A DNA stretch of 64,000 nucleotides, taken from an uncultured Elusimicrobia bacterium. Lineage in GTDB: Bacteria > Elusimicrobiota > Elusimicrobia > 2-01-FULL-59-12. The stretch spans positions 2,336,001 through 2,400,000 of the forward strand of contig OY969767.1 in assembly GCA_963702895.1 (NCBI GenBank), written 5' to 3'. Below are positions 18,901 to 27,899 of the stretch, in pieces. Position 1 is the first letter of the stretch; each line of letters opens with the position of its first letter. The position numbers were made by a program, and so were the translations under genes. The notes beneath the pieces were generated by a model, which did no database searches, was not told where the DNA came from, and saw only the letters and a list, made by a program, of their open reading frames with translations.

Positions 18901-20106
18901 ATGGCCACACGGGACGGCGCCTGGATCGCTCATCCGCCCGCGGTGACGCTCGTTTCTCACACCGGAGCGGGGGACACTATTAAGGTCGCTTTCAGCTACA
19001 GTGAGCGCCAGGGGGCCACGATCCTTGACGCCTTGCGGCTAGCTGCGGCCGCCAGCGCCATCTCTGTGACGAAGCCCGGGACGGGCCTTGCCGGCCTGGA
19101 AGAAGCCCAGCAGAAGCTGGGCGAGGTGACGATCGAAGCCCTTGAACAGGGACCCCCAAGTAAACGGGTGGCGATCATCGGCGCCTCCGCGTTCCTGGGA
19201 AAGAAGATCGATGCGACACTGCGCCGTCGGGGTATGGACGTTATCGGCACCGCATTTACAAAGCGAGGGGATGTTCAACTCGATGTGACGCAAGCCGCTG
19301 ATGTAAAGGCATTCCTGGACAAGGAACAACCCGATGTCGTGATTTATGTGGCCGGAGAGACTGATCCTGAAAAAGCCGAGGCCAATCGGCAAAGGGCACA
19401 CCTGCTCAACGCCGGAGCGCTCGATCACTTTTCCAATTTTAAAGGACAGTTTATTTACATCTCTTCCAATTACATCTTTGATGGGATAAACCCGCCCTAT
19501 GCCGCGGGAGATCCGCCTCGTCCTCTGAATATTTACGGGGAAACAAAATGGGAAGGTGAACAAGCTGCTCAGCGGCTATTTCCGGGCCGCTGCACCATTG
19601 TCCGATCGGATTTCCTTTATGGCCATAATGATGCCTCAGACAAACAAACGTTTATCCACCAGCTCGTCGCCGCTTTTCAGGAAGGCCGCCCGGTGGAGAC
19701 GGACAACGTCCAGGTCCGATCGCCGGTCCTGATTGACGATGTCTCCCGTGTGGTAGCGGATGCCATCGAAGAAGAGCGTTTAGGAGTGATCCAGGTCAGT
19801 GGTCCCGACTCCTTGACCAAATTCCAAATGGCCCAAATCGTCCGCGTGGTTTTTGATCGCCTTTACCCGCACGCCAAAGCCAGCACGATTTCCGATGGCG
19901 CTTCGGTCGATCTAACGCATCGTCCCCGCGATGCCAGAATGACGACCTCCTGGGCTTCCACGTCGTTTCGAGAAGCGCTTGAAACTTTGATCCCGCTCAT
20001 CGCCGGGGGCATCGCGGGAGGCCCAACGACGGACGCTCTCCTTGAGATCCTCGACCACCGCGGCGATGCCCCGCCGGGCCATGCCAAGCTCAGCCGAGCT
20101 GCCTGA
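15901..20106 (+). CDS. 1401-aa multidomain protein: signal peptide, APH/kinase-like, PfkB (1-phosphofructokinase-like) and RmlD-like reductase domains
   Basis: MQRSLLQFVALVLVQCFLLDPALA; HGDLNFGDIL/LIDP/YDFAKL; TLTPNP, SGKALN, GSLPKG, TGAGD; GASAFLG, YISSNYIFDG, YGETK. Confidence 0.85.
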   Translation: MQRSLLQFVALVLVQCFLLDPALAQVSPLTPGVSLSMPQELSVIEHQAITAPFAFFFRRNRLNEPAAISLVAQFRTYCASAVTRIRHSPKPRTSAPAEDPRARLHTAFDTQDEALFKQARRDFDERGEGQLTVFSLHPITTWGGSSVLTGAALKDQLESICQLIPATNPYNRLLLRKLLISIQFWSGTFGGPKNVGGFIIQKGQFMNSNGMNEESLRLTVLGPIHRFVPIYLFSGGNSGYQPAFQSHSSGIEVIIPLAHDIRGSRPPDWGADVIDVFSGIGGSRNRVERISLPDGRTAIRKTTRLDEEVVPSKLRDEISYIQRLRAEGLTTLPEIYSVSESEGTLSVVMEDFEPEGYFSVTNLSYLNSDLETLAISSLAIWDFGMHVYRSLLDPLYRQNVGETPSDFVERYHLRKIDERLAQARQKAPVLDEMIDAPVVRAPGMSGEEAYLPGWAALRPFLVAIAGTGLLSPPYLARDHGDLNFGDILMDPLEYARDGKFQTFRLIDPKYYPEGNDYLYDFAKLLHHFVSLYDLGRFDPVFEMRAMNRGQSGRVPHFRIEVDDEGSMVPFRLSMEMRQHFIRWLEGSPDFFGLEQGADWKIRLLFTVGLQMAGLPPFHLRHNGMESPARTFYLISLAFLYPLVDLILTGDYDQTVLRKIDPAIRSAWVQLKMQVEEARDADTLDDILSSKNPVPALREFLSKQRRAPMFMPAYLGRLARALSPEQVDVLSRCLFEIVTGQSPSDYAAALPAPGTRPANQSVSEEGLPRIATLTPNPVLVLTVDFNHFPGSGASRDTRPILLEPSGKALNMSVELHQWGVCPITVAPVGGAMGQIIRTLLEFQGVDTRGLVPIEGESRLYLILEASPGNHVEIFGAGPRVPSEVLQQMRETLWESLQPGDFLLLGGSLPKGAPDDYYATVIQEAKARGIKTYLDTRGAALRPAIEAAPHFIGVNLLEFSSYLGHPLTSLEENKEEILAALKRLVARGTDIVVISHESEGMIMATRDGAWIAHPPAVTLVSHTGAGDTIKVAFSYSERQGATILDALRLAAAASAISVTKPGTGLAGLEEAQQKLGEVTIEALEQGPPSKRVAIIGASAFLGKKIDATLRRRGMDVIGTAFTKRGDVQLDVTQAADVKAFLDKEQPDVVIYVAGETDPEKAEANRQRAHLLNAGALDHFSNFKGQFIYISSNYIFDGINPPYAAGDPPRPLNIYGETKWEGEQAAQRLFPGRCTIVRSDFLYGHNDASDKQTFIHQLVAAFQEGRPVETDNVQVRSPVLIDDVSRVVADAIEEERLGVIQVSGPDSLTKFQMAQIVRVVFDRLYPHAKASTISDGASVDLTHRPRDARMTTSWASTSFREALETLIPLIAGGIAGGPTTDALLEILDHRGDAPPGHAKLSRAA

Positions 20107-20155
20107 TTCATTCGATTGAAAGACGCCTTAACAGCTGCTTTGCGGAGTTCGTAAC

Positions 20156-21493
20156 TTAGTTGCCAGCGTCCCCTAGGGTGTATTTGCTGACGAAAGCTTC
20201 GGAGAGTTTGTGGCGGCGGAGCTTGCGGACTGAGATTTGGAGCCCTTCTGCGCGCAGGGTTTCACCCTTGGCGATGAGGCGCCCCATGATTTGGTTGCAC
20301 CAATCGGCCAGACGAAGGTTTTTGGGGGCAGCAAAGGTGGGAGACCAAGGCACTCCGAGGCGTGAAGCCACGGCGGTGATCGGCACCCCTCCGCCCATAA
20401 TCCAGCCCCCCGAGGTGGGATGGGTATGCAGGGGCAGCGAGTCCTCTTCGTCCTCAATATCGCCGACCAGCTCTTCGATAATATCCTCAAGCGTCACCAG
20501 GCCCAGCACCTTTTCGTCTTCGCTGATGACCAGTGCGATATGGAGTTTTTCCCGCATCATCTGCTCGAGCACCTGCGAGATGGGCAGGTCGGCCCGTAGG
20601 CGCTTGATGGGGCGGGCAATCCCCTGGACCGTGGGGGTCGCGGCATGCATTTTAAGAGCGCTGACCAAATCTTTGAAGGTGATGTAGCCTTCAATCGTCT
20701 GGGCGTCATTTTCGACTGAGCAAATGGGGAAGCGCGTGTGAAGATCCATGTGCGCTCGGAGAAGGCCCTCGGTTAAACTGAGATGGGATGGCACCATGGA
20801 GATTTCCGACGCAGGGATGGTGATGGCTTTGATGGGGCGGCGTGAGAGCTGGGCGGCCGCGAGCACAATTTTCTCCTCTTGAGCGCCCATGAGCCGCTGC
20901 GTCCTGGCCAGGGACGCCGCCGCCTCCAGTTCATGGAGGCCATGGAGATCGCCAAGCTCGCGTTCCTTCGCCTTAAAGAAAAATCGTTCCAGTCTCAGGA
21001 AGAATTTGACGCACGCCTCGAAGAGATACGCGACAGGCCAAATCGCCCATGCCACGACACGCATGACGGGCGCAAGGCGCAAACAGACCCATTCCCTATT
21101 TTCCACGGCGAACACCTTCGGGATGAGCTCTGCGAAGATGATGGTGAACGCGCTCAAGGGAATAACAATGCCGACAATCGCGACCGCGCGGGCCAGGCCA
21201 TGGGAAAAGCCTAAAGCCTCCTTGAGCCATGGCGCGACCACCTCCTGGACACCCGCCCCTCCTGTGGCGGCGGCAACAGCCCCCGCCACGGTAATCCCAA
21301 TCTGGATCACCGCGAGGCTCGCCTCGAAACGTTCTTTCATGTAGAGCGCCGACGCTGCGCCGGCTCGCTTGTGGTTGGCCAGCACTTGAAGACGGGCCGT
21401 GGAAATAGACGCCAGGGCCATCTCAAAGGCGGCGAGCAGCGCATTGAGAGCGAGCATCGCCCCGATCACGAGGACTTCGTAGCTGTAATTCAT
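20156..21493 (-). CDS. Hemolysin-family CNNM/CBS/CorC transporter-associated protein
   Basis: FEMALAS, IQIGIT, ELIPK, HTRFPI, GLVTLEDIIEELVGDI. Confidence 0.92.
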   Translation of the reverse strand: MNYSYEVLVIGAMLALNALLAAFEMALASISTARLQVLANHKRAGAASALYMKERFEASLAVIQIGITVAGAVAAATGGAGVQEVVAPWLKEALGFSHGLARAVAIVGIVIPLSAFTIIFAELIPKVFAVENREWVCLRLAPVMRVVAWAIWPVAYLFEACVKFFLRLERFFFKAKERELGDLHGLHELEAAASLARTQRLMGAQEEKIVLAAAQLSRRPIKAITIPASEISMVPSHLSLTEGLLRAHMDLHTRFPICSVENDAQTIEGYITFKDLVSALKMHAATPTVQGIARPIKRLRADLPISQVLEQMMREKLHIALVISEDEKVLGLVTLEDIIEELVGDIEDEEDSLPLHTHPTSGGWIMGGGVPITAVASRLGVPWSPTFAAPKNLRLADWCNQIMGRLIAKGETLRAEGLQISVRKLRRHKLSEAFVSKYTLGDAGN

Positions 21494-21993
21494 GAAGGGT
21501 GTTTCGCCTCCCATTGTCTGAGGATAGCATTCTGGCGTTTAAACATGCGCCTCCGGGGGCGTGGTTGATAGTCTGTATAGCCAAGAAGATGGAGAACGCC
21601 ATGGATCAGCAAGAGTCGCATCTCGCGCTTTAAGGAATGGCGCATTTTTTTCGCTTGAAGCGCTGCCTGGTGAACGTTGATGGCAAGGTCGCCAAAAAGG
21701 CCGTCCGACGTCCTACGTCCGACGCCATTCCCTTGATCTTCGACGTCGGACGTCGCACGTCGGACGACAAAGGGATCATTCCTAAACGAAATTACGTCTG
21801 TCGTACGGTCAACCCCACGAAACCGACGATTCAACTCTTGGATTCTCTTGTGGCCTGTCACATCAACCGCGAGTTCCGCAGGACCACGAAAGCCTTCCTG
21901 CTGGAGGACATAGGCAGCCAGGCACTTGTAATCGCTCGCCCGCAAGGCCCCGGAAGGCACGCGCGCGGACTTAAGAAGAGTGATGCTGGTCAA
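21490..21993 (-). CDS. ybeY: rRNA maturation endoribonuclease YbeY (start approximate, TTG) with in-frame repeat insertion
   Basis: LNRRFRG..TTDVISF, GDLAI, HGVLHLLGY; note GYTD rather than the usual GYDH. Confidence 0.9.
   Translation of the reverse strand: MTSITLLKSARVPSGALRASDYKCLAAYVLQQEGFRGPAELAVDVTGHKRIQELNRRFRGVDRTTDVISFRNDPFVVRRATSDVEDQGNGVGRRTSDGLFGDLAINVHQAALQAKKMRHSLKREMRLLLIHGVLHLLGYTDYQPRPRRRMFKRQNAILRQWEAKHPS
21701..21768. repeat. Inverted heptamer (CGTCGGA) arrays in frame inside ybeY
   Basis: cgtccga cgtccta cgtccga ... cgacgtc ggacgtc gcacgtc ggacgac; peptide VVRRATSDVEDQGNGVGRRTSD. Confidence 0.85.
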
Positions 21994-23500
21994 GTGGGGA
22001 GGGAGGGGTTTCGGCTTCGGGCATCTCGGGATATTCGATCCGGACATGATAAATGGCGGACAGTGACGTCGCGAAACTGTCGATGATCTTGCGAAGGTCT
22101 CGCAGCGTAATGGGCGCCTCATCAAACTGGCCATCCATGAATTTTGCATTGACGATTTTTTCGACCAGGGTCTTCAGGCGCTCATAGGTCGGCTCTTCCA
22201 TCGAGCGGCTGGCCGCCTCCACCGAGTCCGCCAGCATCCCGATCACGGTCTCCCGCGAATGCGGCTTGGGCCCAGGGTACCGGAAAACCTCCGCGGGAGG
22301 GGTTTCCTCATCGCTTTGTTCCAGCGCCTGCATATAAAAATACTTGATGAGGCTGGTCCCGTGATGTTCCGGAATAAACCGTATCACCTCTTCCGGGACA
22401 CCATAGGTCCTGGCGAGGGCCACGCCGTCTTTGACATGAGAAAGAATGACGAGGCTTGAGATCGAGGGATTCAACTTATCGTGGAGCTCGGCCTTGTCCC
22501 GAACGCTGCGACGCATGGTCTGGTTTTCAATAAAGTAGTCAGAATGCTCGAGTTTTCCCACGTCGTGGTAATACATCCCGACGCGGCACAGAAGCGAGTT
22601 GGCCCCAATGGCTTCGGCCGCCTGCTCCGCGAGTGCGGCGACCAAAAGCGTGTGGTGATAAGTGCCTGGCGCTTCCATCATGAGGCGCCGAAGCAGCGGA
22701 TGGTTGAAATCTCCAACCTCCAGAAGCGTAATCGGCGTCACTCGGGAGAAGAAGGACTCCAGGATCGGCAAAAGGGCCAGCACCAGGATCACGCAGAGCG
22801 CCGCGTTGGCGCCCGCCCAAGCAAAACGATTCAGCGTCAGCGCCTTTCCCCAGTCATGAAAGAGGCTCAGACCATAGATACAAAGGCAGGTGACCCACAC
22901 GATATGGAAACCGGTGCGCAGGACATCGGAGCGGTGACGGACGTTCTGTGCCGCCAAAAGCGCCGTCATGCTGGAAAAGAACGCGACAAACATGGCATTG
23001 AAGGACAGGTTGTAGAGAACGCCGCAAAAGATGGAAAGCATGACGCCAATCAGGAAGGCCAGCCGAACGTGCAACAGGAGGGCCACCAGAATCGTGATTC
23101 CGCCGATGGGCACCCCGTATTGGGAAAAGCGCGGGATACGCTGACAAAGCTCGATGAGCCCGACGCCCAGGACCATGCAGAGGCCCATGAGGAAGACAGC
23201 TTCATCATCGTCGGCGAATTGCGGCAGGTCGACGCGGATATAGATCACAAAAAAGAGCGTGAGAACGGAAATGAGCCCGGCAAGCGCCAGCACCCGGGGC
23301 AGCGTGATCTCAATCTGGGGCAAGAGCAGCGCGAAGAGCACAAGCGCAGACCCCACCGTGACGATCGGCGTGGGGACATGCACTTGCCGAGCCAGAAGCG
23401 AGGAGGCCTCCTGGCGAGGATTTTTGTCCTGGGCGCGATTCACCCAGTCCAGGAGCGACTGGAGGATTCGTCGGAAGCCGTTCAACCACCATTTGACCAT
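21971..23500 (-). CDS. 7TM-HD membrane phosphohydrolase (PgpH/YqfF-like, no large extracellular domain)
   Basis: APGTYHH, YYHDVGK, YFIENQ, HHGT, FRYPGPKP, MLADSVEAA; sits between phoH and ybeY. Confidence 0.9.
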   Translation of the reverse strand: MVKWWLNGFRRILQSLLDWVNRAQDKNPRQEASSLLARQVHVPTPIVTVGSALVLFALLLPQIEITLPRVLALAGLISVLTLFFVIYIRVDLPQFADDDEAVFLMGLCMVLGVGLIELCQRIPRFSQYGVPIGGITILVALLLHVRLAFLIGVMLSIFCGVLYNLSFNAMFVAFFSSMTALLAAQNVRHRSDVLRTGFHIVWVTCLCIYGLSLFHDWGKALTLNRFAWAGANAALCVILVLALLPILESFFSRVTPITLLEVGDFNHPLLRRLMMEAPGTYHHTLLVAALAEQAAEAIGANSLLCRVGMYYHDVGKLEHSDYFIENQTMRRSVRDKAELHDKLNPSISSLVILSHVKDGVALARTYGVPEEVIRFIPEHHGTSLIKYFYMQALEQSDEETPPAEVFRYPGPKPHSRETVIGMLADSVEAASRSMEEPTYERLKTLVEKIVNAKFMDGQFDEAPITLRDLRKIIDSFATSLSAIYHVRIEYPEMPEAETPPSPLDQHHSS

Positions 23501-23501
23501 A

Positions 23502-24437
23502 TCAGTGTGAGGGGAGGTCCTGTTGTTTTTCCCAATGCTCGTACGCTTGAAGAATGTCCTTGACGAGTGCGTGCCGCACAACGTCTTCCTGGGTCAAGTA
23601 AATGAACGCGATGCCAGGCACCCCGCGAAGAATATCGGGCAGACGGAGAAGCCCGGAGAGCTTCTTGGGTGTAAGATCGATCTGCGTGACATCGCCGTTG
23701 ACCAGCATTTTGGAATTGTGTCCCATGCGCGTGAGCAGCATCTTCATTTGCTCCGGGGTTGCGTTTTGGCCTTCGTCCAAAATAATGAAAGCGTTGTCCA
23801 GCGTTCGTCCGCGCATGTAAGCCAGCGGCGCGATCTCAATGGTCTCCTCGTCCCGGTAGAGCCTGAAGCGGTCCGGTCCCAGCATCGAATAAAAAGCGTC
23901 GTAGAGGGGCCTCAAATAGGGGTTCACTTTTTCGTAAAAATCTCCTGGCAAAAAACCCAACTTTTCCCCCGCTTCCACCACAGGCCGTGTGAGAACAATC
24001 TTGGAAACACGGCCCTCGCGCAGGGCGGCTAAAGCGCAGGCGACCGCAAGATACGTTTTCCCCGTTCCCGCCGGACCGATCGCGATCACCATGTCCTTCT
24101 GATCAATAGCCTCCACATATTCTTTCTGCATGGGGGTGCGGGGACGAACGGCTTTGCCGAGGCTGCTCGTAAAGGCGCTGGGGGCGTTGTCGGCTGAGAC
24201 GCCGCTCAGGAGGGATCCTCCTCCACCATCGCCCTCCCGAATCTGCTCACGCATCTCATCGAGGGCGATGAGCGCCTTGTCGACTTTGCCGGGAGAACCG
24301 CGAATGGAGAGCACCTCGCCCCGTCCAAAGATTTGAACCCCGTAGTTTTTCTCAAGGGACCTGAGGGTGTGGTCATTTTGACCAAAGAGCCTTAACGCTT
24401 CGTCCGCACCCTTCAGGTGGACTTTCTTCGTGACCAT
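23502..24437 (-). CDS. phoH: PhoH family protein
   Basis: GPAGTGKT, RPVVEAGEKLGFLPGD, PLAYMRGRTL, GDVTQIDL. Confidence 0.95.
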   Translation of the reverse strand: MVTKKVHLKGADEALRLFGQNDHTLRSLEKNYGVQIFGRGEVLSIRGSPGKVDKALIALDEMREQIREGDGGGGSLLSGVSADNAPSAFTSSLGKAVRPRTPMQKEYVEAIDQKDMVIAIGPAGTGKTYLAVACALAALREGRVSKIVLTRPVVEAGEKLGFLPGDFYEKVNPYLRPLYDAFYSMLGPDRFRLYRDEETIEIAPLAYMRGRTLDNAFIILDEGQNATPEQMKMLLTRMGHNSKMLVNGDVTQIDLTPKKLSGLLRLPDILRGVPGIAFIYLTQEDVVRHALVKDILQAYEHWEKQQDLPSH

Positions 24438-26194
24438 TAAGGTAATTTAATGCCTAATTCACGCAGTTGTAAAGGGGAAACTGGAGAGGGGGCTCCGGAC
24501 ATGACATCCTGCCCTTTTTGGGTTTTGGGGAAGGCGATCACGTCCCGAATGGTGGGTTCGCCAGAGAGCAGCGCGACGAATCGGTCCAGTCCGAGGGCAA
24601 ATCCTCCATGCGGAGGCGCCCCAAACTCAAGGGCCTCCAGGAGGAAACCAAACTGGAGCTGGGCGGTCTCCGGCGGGATCTGGAGGAGCTTAAAGATGAG
24701 TGCCTGGTCCTCCCTCCGGTGGATACGGATGCTGCCGCCGCCGATTTCTGTGCCGTTTAAGACAAGGTCATAGGCCCGCGCCCGGGCCTGGCCCAGATCC
24801 CTGCCCTCTCGAAGCGCCGGCCAATCCTCCGGGCGCGGGGCGGTGAAGGGATGATGCACGGCATTCCAGCGCTTGGCCTCTTCATCCCATTCAAAGGAAG
24901 GAAACTTTTCGACCCACAGGAATTTCCATTGCCCCTGGGGGATGAGCTTCTGCGTCTCCGCCATCCGCCGCCGCAAGAGCCCCAGGACCTTCAAGACAAG
25001 CGCAGGTTGGTCCGCGACAAAAAAGGTAATGTCTCCCTCCTGGGCTTTGGCTTTCTGTCGAATGGCGGAAAGCTCTTCCGGCTGAAAAAATTTGACAATA
25101 GGGGATTCCGGCGCCCCTGCGGTCCATTTGACCCAGGCAAGTCCCCGGGCGCCCACGGTATTGGCCCATTGCGTGAGATCGTCCGTCTCTTTCCGGGAGA
25201 AGGAGGCGCCCTTGGGCACGGTGATGCCGCGCACCGTTCCACCCTCCGTCACCATTTTGGAAAAAACCTGAAAACCGCAGGCCTTCACGATCTCAGAAAA
25301 ATCGGTCAATTCAAGGCCATACCGGACATCCGGGGCATCCGATCCGTAGCGTGCCATCGCTTCGTCATAGCTCATATGAGGAACAGGCCCGGGAAAGGGT
25401 TGGCCGGTCGCGGCCTGGAAGGCCTCCGCCATAAAGCCTTCGATCACGTTTTGGACGTCTGCTTCATCGACAAAGGACATCTCCAGGTCGACTTGGGTAA
25501 ACTCCGGCTGGCGGTCCGCTCGAAGGTCCTCATCACGAAAGCAGCGCACGATTTGGAAATACTTGTCATAGCCTCCCACCATCAGAATCTGCTTAAAGAG
25601 CTGCGGACTTTGCGGCAGTGCGTAGAAATGACCGATCGCAAGGCGTGAGGGAACGAGAAAGTCACGGGCCCCTTCGGGCGTCGACTTCGTGAGGAAGGGT
25701 GTTTCGATCTCGATAAAACCTTCTTTCGTCAGGTGGTTCCGGACCGCTTGCGCGATTTGGTGCCGCCGCAAGATATTTTTCTGGAGGGGCGGACGGCGCA
25801 GGTCCAGGTAACGGTAGCGCAGCCGGACTTCTTCCCCCGCCTCGGAATAGTCCGAGATCTCAAAAGGAGGCGGCTTGGAGCTGTTGAGCACCTCCAGATC
25901 CACCGCTTCAAGCTCGACATCGCCGGTCGCGATGTTGGCGTTGCGAGTGCCGGCGGGCCGCTCCGTGACTTTCGCGCGGACCTGTACCACGAACTCATTT
26001 CCCAGATTCTGGGCTTTTTCAAAAAGATCCTTGTTCTCCGGCCGAAAGACGACCTGGACCAGCCCCGTTCGGTCACGCAGGTCGCAGAAAATGACCCCTC
26101 CATGATCCCGGCGGCTATGGATCCAACCGCAAACCGTGGACGTCTGCCCGACATGGTTTTTCCGCAAATTCCCGCAATAAATGGTTCGTTTCAT
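24437..26194 (-). CDS. aspS: Aspartate-tRNA ligase
   Basis: RRDHGG, STPEGARDF, LPQSPQLFKQ, FRDEDLRADRQPEF, GAPPHGG, VIAFPK. Confidence 0.97.
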   Translation of the reverse strand: MKRTIYCGNLRKNHVGQTSTVCGWIHSRRDHGGVIFCDLRDRTGLVQVVFRPENKDLFEKAQNLGNEFVVQVRAKVTERPAGTRNANIATGDVELEAVDLEVLNSSKPPPFEISDYSEAGEEVRLRYRYLDLRRPPLQKNILRRHQIAQAVRNHLTKEGFIEIETPFLTKSTPEGARDFLVPSRLAIGHFYALPQSPQLFKQILMVGGYDKYFQIVRCFRDEDLRADRQPEFTQVDLEMSFVDEADVQNVIEGFMAEAFQAATGQPFPGPVPHMSYDEAMARYGSDAPDVRYGLELTDFSEIVKACGFQVFSKMVTEGGTVRGITVPKGASFSRKETDDLTQWANTVGARGLAWVKWTAGAPESPIVKFFQPEELSAIRQKAKAQEGDITFFVADQPALVLKVLGLLRRRMAETQKLIPQGQWKFLWVEKFPSFEWDEEAKRWNAVHHPFTAPRPEDWPALREGRDLGQARARAYDLVLNGTEIGGGSIRIHRREDQALIFKLLQIPPETAQLQFGFLLEALEFGAPPHGGFALGLDRFVALLSGEPTIRDVIAFPKTQKGQDVMSGAPSPVSPLQLRELGIKLP

Positions 26195-26268
26195 GAGAGA
26201 ACGGATTATACCCCGTTTCGAAGGCCCGGGACAGCCCCCGTCCAGCTCAGGGTATAATAAGGCAGGCT

Positions 26269-26850
26269 ATGAAAATTCAGCTCTTTCTCATTCCTTTGCT
26301 CTGCCTCACTCTGGCAAGGGCGGAAAATGACATTTCCGCGCTAGAGACGGGGGTGGAGCGCGAAGACGATACCACCTCGGCCATGGAATCCGAAGCCCAC
26401 GGCATCATTCCTGAAGGCGTGGTGGCCGTCTCCACGCCCCCCCTGACTCCGATTAGCGTGGTGCTGGAAAAAAAGCCATATGAGCAAGCCTTGGAGGAAC
26501 TGGCTCTCGCCCAGGAGCTCTGGAAAAAAGGCAAGGCCGAGGCCGCCTCGGACGTCGCCTTGCAGGCCTATGACGACCTCATGGGCATCCATGTCCCCAA
26601 AAAGAAAACCCAGCAACGCCAGAAACTGCGCCTTGAGCGCCGGCAAGCGGCGACGCTTTACATCGACGCCAGCGTCGCTTACATTCAGGAATACATCAAC
26701 ATGAAAGGCAGCACGCCGGCTGCTATTAAGGAAGGACGTGCCCGCTTGGGCGATTTGTGGGACGTGGCGGTGAACTATCCAGAACTCCAGAAGAAACTTC
26801 GTCGCACCCTGGATGCTTACGACACGACGCTCTCAAGCTCGACCCGCTGA
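26269..26850 (+). CDS. Exported helical hypothetical protein
   Basis: Signal peptide; TATAAT 10 nt upstream; divergent from aspS. Confidence 0.7.
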   Translation: MKIQLFLIPLLCLTLARAENDISALETGVEREDDTTSAMESEAHGIIPEGVVAVSTPPLTPISVVLEKKPYEQALEELALAQELWKKGKAEAASDVALQAYDDLMGIHVPKKKTQQRQKLRLERRQAATLYIDASVAYIQEYINMKGSTPAAIKEGRARLGDLWDVAVNYPELQKKLRRTLDAYDTTLSSSTR

Positions 26851-26904
26851 CCTTGAAGACGCAGGAACACCGGCTTTCGGCGCAGTGCCCGCTGGATTCA
26901 AAAG

Positions 26905-26933
26905 TTGACGCCTTTCCTCAGGACTGGTATACC
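26905..26933 (+). promoter_or_regulatory. Putative sigma70 promoter with leaderless GTG start at 26940
   Basis: TTGACG-17 bp-TATACC with extended TG. Confidence 0.6.
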
Positions 26934-26939
26934 TTCCTC

Positions 26940-27899
26940 GTGTTGATCGCGCTTGCGCTTCTTGTCCTATCACTCCCAGCTTTGGCTTCGCCCAGTTCAC
27001 TTAAGGCTCTCGTGATGGTGCCCGCCGCTGATGTCTGGAGCCGGCTTCCACAGGACCGCGCGGCCCCCGCCGATGAAGAGAGGGAAACGCAGGTGCTCTT
27101 CGGCGAAGAAGTCGTGGTTCATGAAACCCAGGGCGATTGGGTCAAAATTGAAGCGCTCGAGCAGCCGGAATTTACCCACCGGCAAGCCTGGGAAGGCTAC
27201 CCCGGTTGGGTGCACAAGAGCGCGCTTCGGATCGACGCGCTACGAAACGAAACGGGCGCTGTGGTTATCTCCAGCTGGACGTCGATTACAGAGCCAGAGT
27301 CGGCGCCCCATCTCTGGATCCCTCTGGGGAGCCTGATCCGTCCGATGGCGAGGACCCGTGATTGGTACGTCGTGTCGACGTTCTTAGGTGATCGCTGCGT
27401 CGTCATGGACCAAACCCGCTCCACCAAGCCCTCCAAAGGCCCTCTTCGCCACCAGATCCTCTCCGCTGCCACCGTTTTCTTGGGTGTTCCATATCTTTGG
27501 GGCGGTCTCACGGCGGGGGACCCACCCCCGCCACAGACACCGAGCGTCTCAACGAAGCATGGCGTGGATTGCTCCGGTCTCGTCCATCTCGCCTACCGGG
27601 CTTGCGGCCTGAAGATCCCGCGAGATTCCCATGAACAATGGATGAGGGCCATACCCCTCGAAAGGAAGGACCTTCGGCCCGCGGACCTCATTTTTTACGC
27701 CCAGGCGGACAAGCCCAAAAAGATCACCCATGTCGCGCTTTATACGGGTTATGACGGGATTCTGGAGTCCCCCCACACAGGATTAACGGTCAGAAAAATT
27801 TCTTTTAAAGAAAAATTCGGTGAGGACATGATCAAAGTCCGCTCGGGCGATCGTCTGGGCGAGCGGGTGATCTACTTTGGGCGTCTGGTGAAAGACTAA
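26940..27899 (+). CDS. SH3-like + NlpC/P60 peptidase (YkfC-like)
   Basis: ETQVLFGE, GYPGWV, LGVPYLWGG, DCSGL, PRDS, HVALY; start moved to GTG ahead of the signal peptide. Confidence 0.9.
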   Translation: MLIALALLVLSLPALASPSSLKALVMVPAADVWSRLPQDRAAPADEERETQVLFGEEVVVHETQGDWVKIEALEQPEFTHRQAWEGYPGWVHKSALRIDALRNETGAVVISSWTSITEPESAPHLWIPLGSLIRPMARTRDWYVVSTFLGDRCVVMDQTRSTKPSKGPLRHQILSAATVFLGVPYLWGGLTAGDPPPPQTPSVSTKHGVDCSGLVHLAYRACGLKIPRDSHEQWMRAIPLERKDLRPADLIFYAQADKPKKITHVALYTGYDGILESPHTGLTVRKISFKEKFGEDMIKVRSGDRLGERVIYFGRLVKD

